11,466 nucleotides of DNA, taken from NCBI GenBank assembly GCA_964013405.1, contig CAXGWI010000112.1:1-11466 (forward strand), given 5' to 3'. Below the pieces are notes generated by a model. It worked only from the letters and a program-made list of their open reading frames with translations. It had not been told where the DNA came from and did not search any database. Position numbers and translations under genes: made by a program. Shown here one piece after another: positions 6,968 through 11,466 of this stretch. Each line of letters starts with the position of its first letter. Position 1 is the stretch's first letter. Source of the stretch: an uncultured Myxococcales bacterium (GTDB lineage Bacteria > Myxococcota > UBA4151).

Positions 6968-7426
6968 ATGGCACTTCTCGGACAACAAGCACCTCACTTC
7001 ACCCTCTTTGATCACAGCAAGACGGAGGTCTCCCTCTCTTCGCTGCAAGGTCAAAAAGTCGTTCTCGCCTTTTTCCCGGCGGCATTCACCGGCGTCTGCC
7101 AAAAGGAACTGTGCACCTTCCAAAGCAACCTCGCACAACTCAACGAGGCCAATGGCATCGTCCTGGGCGTGAGTGTCGATGGGCCCTTCTCCAATGCAGC
7201 CTTTGCCAAGGCGAACAACTTGGAGTTTCAGTTGTTGAGCGACTACAGCCGCAGCACCGTTGAAGCCTATGGCATCGCCCTCAACAACTTCGCCGGCATG
7301 GAGGGCTACACCGCCAGCCAGCGTGCGGTCTTCGTCATCGATGAGGCAGGTACGGTGATCTACGAGTGGGTTGCAGAGAATCCGGGCATCGAACCAGACT
7401 ACGATGCGGTGAAAAACGCACTCTAG
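6968..7426 (+). CDS. Peroxiredoxin, AhpC/TSA family, AhpE-like (152 aa)
   Basis: PxxxTxxC motif FFPAAFTGVC, second Cys in CQKELC, GVSVD, LLSD and conserved Arg in QRAVFVID. AAGGA RBS upstream; starts 36 nt after ivd. Confidence 0.93.
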   Translation: MALLGQQAPHFTLFDHSKTEVSLSSLQGQKVVLAFFPAAFTGVCQKELCTFQSNLAQLNEANGIVLGVSVDGPFSNAAFAKANNLEFQLLSDYSRSTVEAYGIALNNFAGMEGYTASQRAVFVIDEAGTVIYEWVAENPGIEPDYDAVKNAL

Positions 7427-7466
7427 ACTCAGCGCTCCACCGAGTTCTTGGGGGCCCGACCTCGTC

Positions 7467-8111
7467 TTAGGACCCTAAACCTCGAAGAACGAGCCACACA
7501 GCGATCATCAACTGGCCTGTGTAATACATCGGCAAGCCGATTAACGCGTTGGCAAAGCCCGGCGCGACGAACCGCTGCCGGGCCACCGCCAGATCCGAGA
7601 GGGCGAACAGGATCGCGCCGCCGATGAGGTAGCCACCTTGGGGCCTCTGCATCTGGCCCACGGCGGCCCCCACCATGGCGGCGATGATCACCATGTAGAG
7701 AACCACCGGCACCCTGAGCGAGGGCGGGATCCGACGCCACAGCCAGCGTAAGACCAAAAGGACAAGACCCAGTGCGACGATACTCGCGCCGATAATCGCC
7801 CCCCGATTCGAGGGCAATTGATAGCCCACGACGGCATAGGCCAAGTGCCCCAATAAGAACGCACTTAAACCAACGAGAAAGGCTCGCTCGCCTCGAAAGG
7901 CGAGGGCCACATCACCCACCCAGCCCAGCAGCAAGCCTGCAACGATCAAGGAGCGGCCTGGCACCTCGGGTGCGGACAGACCAACGATCACGAAACCCGC
8001 AGAGGCCACCGCCTTAAACAGCAACTCGCGGCGAGCCCAATCCTGCATGCGTGCCCAGAGCAGCAAGGGGAGGAAGACCAGCGGCAAGAAGAGCCCGATA
8101 AGCGTGACCAT
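7467..8111 (-). CDS. yhhN: Lysoplasmalogenase, YhhN/TMEM86 family integral membrane protein (214 aa)
   Basis: Family motifs K in [42 protein letters not shown] and YYTGQLMIA; about 8 TM helices. Start more likely ATG 8111 than 8159. Confidence 0.9.
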   Translation of the reverse strand: MVTLIGLFLPLVFLPLLLWARMQDWARRELLFKAVASAGFVIVGLSAPEVPGRSLIVAGLLLGWVGDVALAFRGERAFLVGLSAFLLGHLAYAVVGYQLPSNRGAIIGASIVALGLVLLVLRWLWRRIPPSLRVPVVLYMVIIAAMVGAAVGQMQRPQGGYLIGGAILFALSDLAVARQRFVAPGFANALIGLPMYYTGQLMIAVWLVLRGLGS

Positions 8112-8150
8112 AAGCCGCCTGTATCCCGGCAGCAGCAAACCCGCCAGCCA

Positions 8151-8179
8151 TTGACCCAATGCAAGCCATCAGCGAAGCT
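8151..8179 (+). promoter_or_regulatory. Weak sigma70-like promoter candidate TTGACC-N17-GAAGCT for 8202..10679
   Basis: Good -35 at 8151-8156 and 17-nt spacer, but the -10 (8174-8179) lacks the first T. Confidence 0.2.
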
Positions 8180-8201
8180 CTCGTGCCTAAAGGAAGCAGC
8201 C

Positions 8202-10679
8202 ATGAACCGATTACTTTGCCTTTTCACCTTGGCCCTCACCGCCTGTCCGACCGAGCAAGTCGTGGTTCGTGAGACCGAAGCGTCCTGCGGCAACGGCAAG
8301 GAGGAGCAGGGCGAAGTCTGTGATGATGGCAATGAGGAGCCGGGGGATGCCTGCACCAATGACTGCCAGCCTGCTCGCTGCGGCGACAAGGTCCTCCGGA
8401 CGGATAGCCAACCCGGTGAGACCGGCTACGAAGAATGTGACGACGGCAACGAGAGCGACGGCGATGGTTGTCTCTCTGATTGCCGCGAGAGTTTCTGTGG
8501 TGACGGCTTTCTTCGCAGCGATCGGGGCGAGGGCCAACCGGGCTATGAAGCCTGCGACGATAGCAACGATGCCGATGAAGACGCCTGTACCACGGATTGC
8601 GTCTATGCCCGTTGCGGTGACGGCATCACGCGCACCGATCTAAGCGAAGGGGATCCAGGCTATGAGGCCTGCGACGATGGCAACGAGATCGACGAGGACG
8701 ACTGCTTGAGTAATTGCCAGCCCCACCGCTGTGGCGATGGCATTCTCGGTCCCGGCGAAGGCTGCGACGATGGCAATGGTGATCCCACCGACGCCTGCAC
8801 CAACGACTGTGTCCCGGCCCGCTGCGGCGACGGGCTCCTGCAGGAAGGCGAGCGTTGCGACGACGGCAACGATGTCGACAGTGACGATTGCCTTGCGAAC
8901 TGTGTGCCGGCTCGATGCGGCGATGGCGTGGCCCAACTAACAGGGCTTGCGGAAGAGGCCTGCGACGACGGCAACCGTATCGACGGGGATGCCTGCACCA
9001 ACTCCTGTCTGCCGGCCCGTTGCGGCGATGGGGTCTTACGCCAAGATCTCGAACGGGAGGATGCCGGTTACGAGGAATGCGATGATGGTGGTGAAGTGGA
9101 CGGCGATGGTTGTGGGCCCACCTGCCTGAGCGAACGCTGTGGCAATGCGCGGGTTGATCCCGGCGAAGCCTGTGACGACGGCAATCGCATCGATGGGGAT
9201 GCCTGCACCAATTCCTGCGCGATCGGCCGCTGCGGCGATGGGGTCATCCGAAACGTAGGGGAGGCTCCAGAGGGCTGCGACGATGGTAACAACGAGGCCG
9301 GCGACGGCTGCAATCCTGATTGCCGGCTAGAGCACTGCGGCAATGGTGTCGTCGACGCCGGCGAAGCCTGTGATGATGGCAATGATGATGACCAAGACGC
9401 CTGCAGCACGGGCTGCCGCGAGGCCCGATGTGGCGATGGCATCCTCCGGCGAGATCTCCAGCCGGGGGACGAGGGCTTCGAAGCCTGTGATGACGGCAAC
9501 GGGATTCAAACGGATGTCTGCCTGAACAACTGTCAGATCGCCCGCTGTGGTGATCAACAGGTCTGGGCCGGCCGGGAGGATTGTGATGACGGTAATGACG
9601 ATGATCTCGACGGCTGCACGGTCGATTGCTTAGAGCTCCGCTGCGGCGACGGTTTACTTTGGGAAGGCGTGGAAGCCTGTGATGACGGTAACGATGATCT
9701 GACCGACGACTGCGCCAACTGCCAAATCGCCCGCTGTGGCGACGGTCACGTCCGGGATCAGCTCGAAGCCTGTGACGAAGGCGAGGCCAATAGCGACGAG
9801 CTGCCCGATGCCTGCCGAACGAACTGCACAGAAGCCCGCTGTGGCGACGGCGTCATCGATACAGATGAAGCCTGTGACGATGCCAACGATGACAACACGG
9901 ACGCCTGTGTAGCCGGTTGCGCCCTCGCCCAATGTGGCGATGAATTTGTTCATGCCGGTATGGAAGCCTGCGATGACGGCAATGAGGATCTGACCGACGA
10001 TTGCGTCAACTGCGAGATCGCCCGATGTGGTGACGGCCATGTCCGGGACCAACTCGAAGCATGCGACGATGGCGAAGCGAACAACGATGAGGTGCCCAAT
10101 GCCTGCCGTACGAACTGCACAGAAGCCCGCTGTGGCGATGGCGTCATCGATGACGGCGAAGCCTGTGATGATGCTGATGGCGATAATACGGACGCCTGTT
10201 TAGCCAGTTGCGCGATCGCTGCGTGCGGTGATGGCTTCATCCAGGCCGGTGTCGAAGCCTGTGATGGCGGCGACAACTGTGATGAGAACTGTGCGCTGAC
10301 AAGGGAGCAATACTTCATCGTCGCCCATGGAGGCTGGCGATTCTATGGCATCCCAGTCGCCGGTCCGATGACCGATGATAACGTGACAGCAGCTTGTAGC
10401 AACGCTGGGCTGGACACCCCCTGTGCCGGCGAGCCCGGCTGTGGGTACAACGAAGCATGCACCTATACCAGTGAGGTGGGCTGCGGTAACCCGATGAGTA
10501 CCAGTTCCCACGTTGTATGCGGCGGACACCCCTCGAATTGCCAGGCTTTCGATGGTCTCTATGCTTTTATGGGCTTTGGATGGAATAACCGGTCCGCTTG
10601 TGGCGTGGAAGGCGGTAACTGGTGTACCCGAGGACGAGACCATAACGACCGTCGGGCCTTCTGTGCTGCACAGGAATAG
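8202..10679 (+). CDS. Large Cys-rich lipoprotein (825 aa): 20 Myxococcus Cys-rich (DUF4215/TIGR02232-type) repeats plus a 125-aa C-terminal 10-Cys domain
   Basis: Start revised to ATG 8202 (AAGGA RBS just upstream; [15 protein letters not shown] lipobox). There are 20 units of CG[DN]G...E[AE]CDDGN...D[AG]C..[ND]C, then a non-repetitive domain from 10302. Confidence 0.93.
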   Translation: MNRLLCLFTLALTACPTEQVVVRETEASCGNGKEEQGEVCDDGNEEPGDACTNDCQPARCGDKVLRTDSQPGETGYEECDDGNESDGDGCLSDCRESFCGDGFLRSDRGEGQPGYEACDDSNDADEDACTTDCVYARCGDGITRTDLSEGDPGYEACDDGNEIDEDDCLSNCQPHRCGDGILGPGEGCDDGNGDPTDACTNDCVPARCGDGLLQEGERCDDGNDVDSDDCLANCVPARCGDGVAQLTGLAEEACDDGNRIDGDACTNSCLPARCGDGVLRQDLEREDAGYEECDDGGEVDGDGCGPTCLSERCGNARVDPGEACDDGNRIDGDACTNSCAIGRCGDGVIRNVGEAPEGCDDGNNEAGDGCNPDCRLEHCGNGVVDAGEACDDGNDDDQDACSTGCREARCGDGILRRDLQPGDEGFEACDDGNGIQTDVCLNNCQIARCGDQQVWAGREDCDDGNDDDLDGCTVDCLELRCGDGLLWEGVEACDDGNDDLTDDCANCQIARCGDGHVRDQLEACDEGEANSDELPDACRTNCTEARCGDGVIDTDEACDDANDDNTDACVAGCALAQCGDEFVHAGMEACDDGNEDLTDDCVNCEIARCGDGHVRDQLEACDDGEANNDEVPNACRTNCTEARCGDGVIDDGEACDDADGDNTDACLASCAIAACGDGFIQAGVEACDGGDNCDENCALTREQYFIVAHGGWRFYGIPVAGPMTDDNVTAACSNAGLDTPCAGEPGCGYNEACTYTSEVGCGNPMSTSSHVVCGGHPSNCQAFDGLYAFMGFGWNNRSACGVEGGNWCTRGRDHNDRRAFCAAQE
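8287..10295 (+). repeat. Array of 20 acidic 4-Cys repeats (mostly 31-39 aa)
   Basis: Counted by hand from the translation. The last unit is shortened ([23 protein letters not shown]). Confidence 0.9.
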
Positions 10680-10691
10680 AGGGGACAACCT

Positions 10692-11466
10692 ATGATACGC
10701 TACGGGCTTCTCTTCACCATACTCGGCCTGCTGGCCTGCCCCGGCGAGCAAGTCGTCGTCCGCGAGACAGAAGCTGCCTGCGGTAACGGGGAGCAAGAGC
10801 AGGGTGAAAGCTGTGACGATGGCAACGAGGAACCCGGTGACGCCTGTACCAATGACTGTCAGACCGCTCGCTGCGGGGATAAGGTCCTGCGGACCGACCA
10901 ATCGCCAGGAACCGAGGACAGCGAAGAGTGCGATGACGGTAACGACAGTGATTTGGACAGTTGTCTAAACGACTGTCGCATCGCCTTTTGTGGCGACACC
11001 TTCCTGCGGGGAGATCGAGGCGAGGGCCAACCGGGCTATGAAGCCTGCGACGATGGCAACGATGCCGATGAAGACGCCTGTACCACGGATTGCGTCTATG
11101 CCCGCTGCGGTGACGGCATCACACGCACCGATCTAAGCGAAGGGGATCCAGGCTATGAGGCCTGCGACGACGGCAACGAACTGGACGAGGACGACTGCTT
11201 GAACAATTGCCAGCCCCACCGCTGCGGCGATGGCATCCTTGGGCCCGGCGAAGGCTGCGACGATGGCAATGGTGATCCCACCGACGCCTGCACCAACGAC
11301 TGTGCCCCGGCCCGCTGCGGCGATGGACTCCTCCAAGAGGGTGAGCGTTGTGATGACGGCAATGACGTCGACAGCGACGACTGTCTAGCGAACTGCGTGC
11401 CGGCTCGCTGCGGCGATGGAGTGGCCCAACAAACAGGGCTTGCAGAAGAAGCCTGCGATGACGGCA
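10692..11466 (+). CDS. Second Cys-rich repeat lipoprotein, tandem paralogue of 8202..10679 (runs off the right edge)
   Basis: Not in the ORF track. ATG 10692 follows a GAGGGG SD, 12 nt after the previous stop. [45 protein letters not shown]... stays open to the window end and is colinear with the upstream gene at a 2493-nt offset. Confidence 0.93.
   Translation, partial: MIRYGLLFTILGLLACPGEQVVVRETEAACGNGEQEQGESCDDGNEEPGDACTNDCQTARCGDKVLRTDQSPGTEDSEECDDGNDSDLDSCLNDCRIAFCGDTFLRGDRGEGQPGYEACDDGNDADEDACTTDCVYARCGDGITRTDLSEGDPGYEACDDGNELDEDDCLNNCQPHRCGDGILGPGEGCDDGNGDPTDACTNDCAPARCGDGLLQEGERCDDGNDVDSDDCLANCVPARCGDGVAQQTGLAEEACDDG
11014..11466 (+). repeat. Near-identical direct copy of 8521..8973
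   Basis: Ungapped hand alignment gives about 36 mismatches in 453 nt, mostly synonymous. Confidence 0.9.

Noticed and set aside
5846..7138. Minus-strand ORFs 5846..6289 and 6494..7138
   Set aside because: Antisense shadows of well-supported ivd and peroxiredoxin genes, common in GC-rich DNA.
7427..7466. Bidirectional intrinsic terminator between peroxiredoxin and yhhN
   Set aside because: Only a weak ACTC/GAGT pairing and no U-tract on either strand.
10302..10679. Diversity-generating retroelement target (C-terminal lectin-like domain)
   Set aside because: No reverse transcriptase and no template repeat matching this 3' end in the window. Paralogue differences are mostly synonymous third-position changes, not adenine-specific.
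11007..11015. RGD integrin-binding motif in the second lipoprotein
   Set aside because: The paralogue has RSD here. RGD is expected by chance in an R/G/D-rich protein.
8211..11362. Many antisense and alternate-frame ORFs over the Cys-rich genes (e.g. 10200..10901)
   Set aside because: They mirror the repeat codons of the sense genes and carry no signal of their own.

Overview
GC-rich bacterial window, most likely Myxococcota or a related deltaproteobacterial lineage (inferred from Myxococcus-type Cys-rich repeats). The left minus-strand block holds six genes: a lipoprotein S1 serine protease with four 54-aa Cys-rich repeats, a multi-pass membrane protein, a 91-aa hypothetical, a CsgG/TolB-N-like exported protein, a LamG-like Cys-rich lipoprotein coupled to it by an ATGA overlap, and a second paralogue of the exported protein cut by the left edge. 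The middle holds isovaleryl-CoA dehydrogenase and an AhpE-like peroxiredoxin (+), converging on a YhhN lysoplasmalogenase (-). The right end holds two tandem paralogous lipoproteins with long DUF4215/TIGR02232-type Cys-rich stalks; the complete one has 20 repeats and an unusual 10-Cys tip domain. Several supplied ORF starts were revised using RBS and signal-peptide evidence. No rRNA, tRNA, CRISPR array or mobile element was seen. Main leads are a tandem 'conserved stalk, variable tip' surface-protein family, a repeated partner-plus-lipoprotein module, a protease with a Gly189/Glu226 pocket, and a possible plasmalogen-turnover trio. Family assignments are from motif recognition, not database searches.
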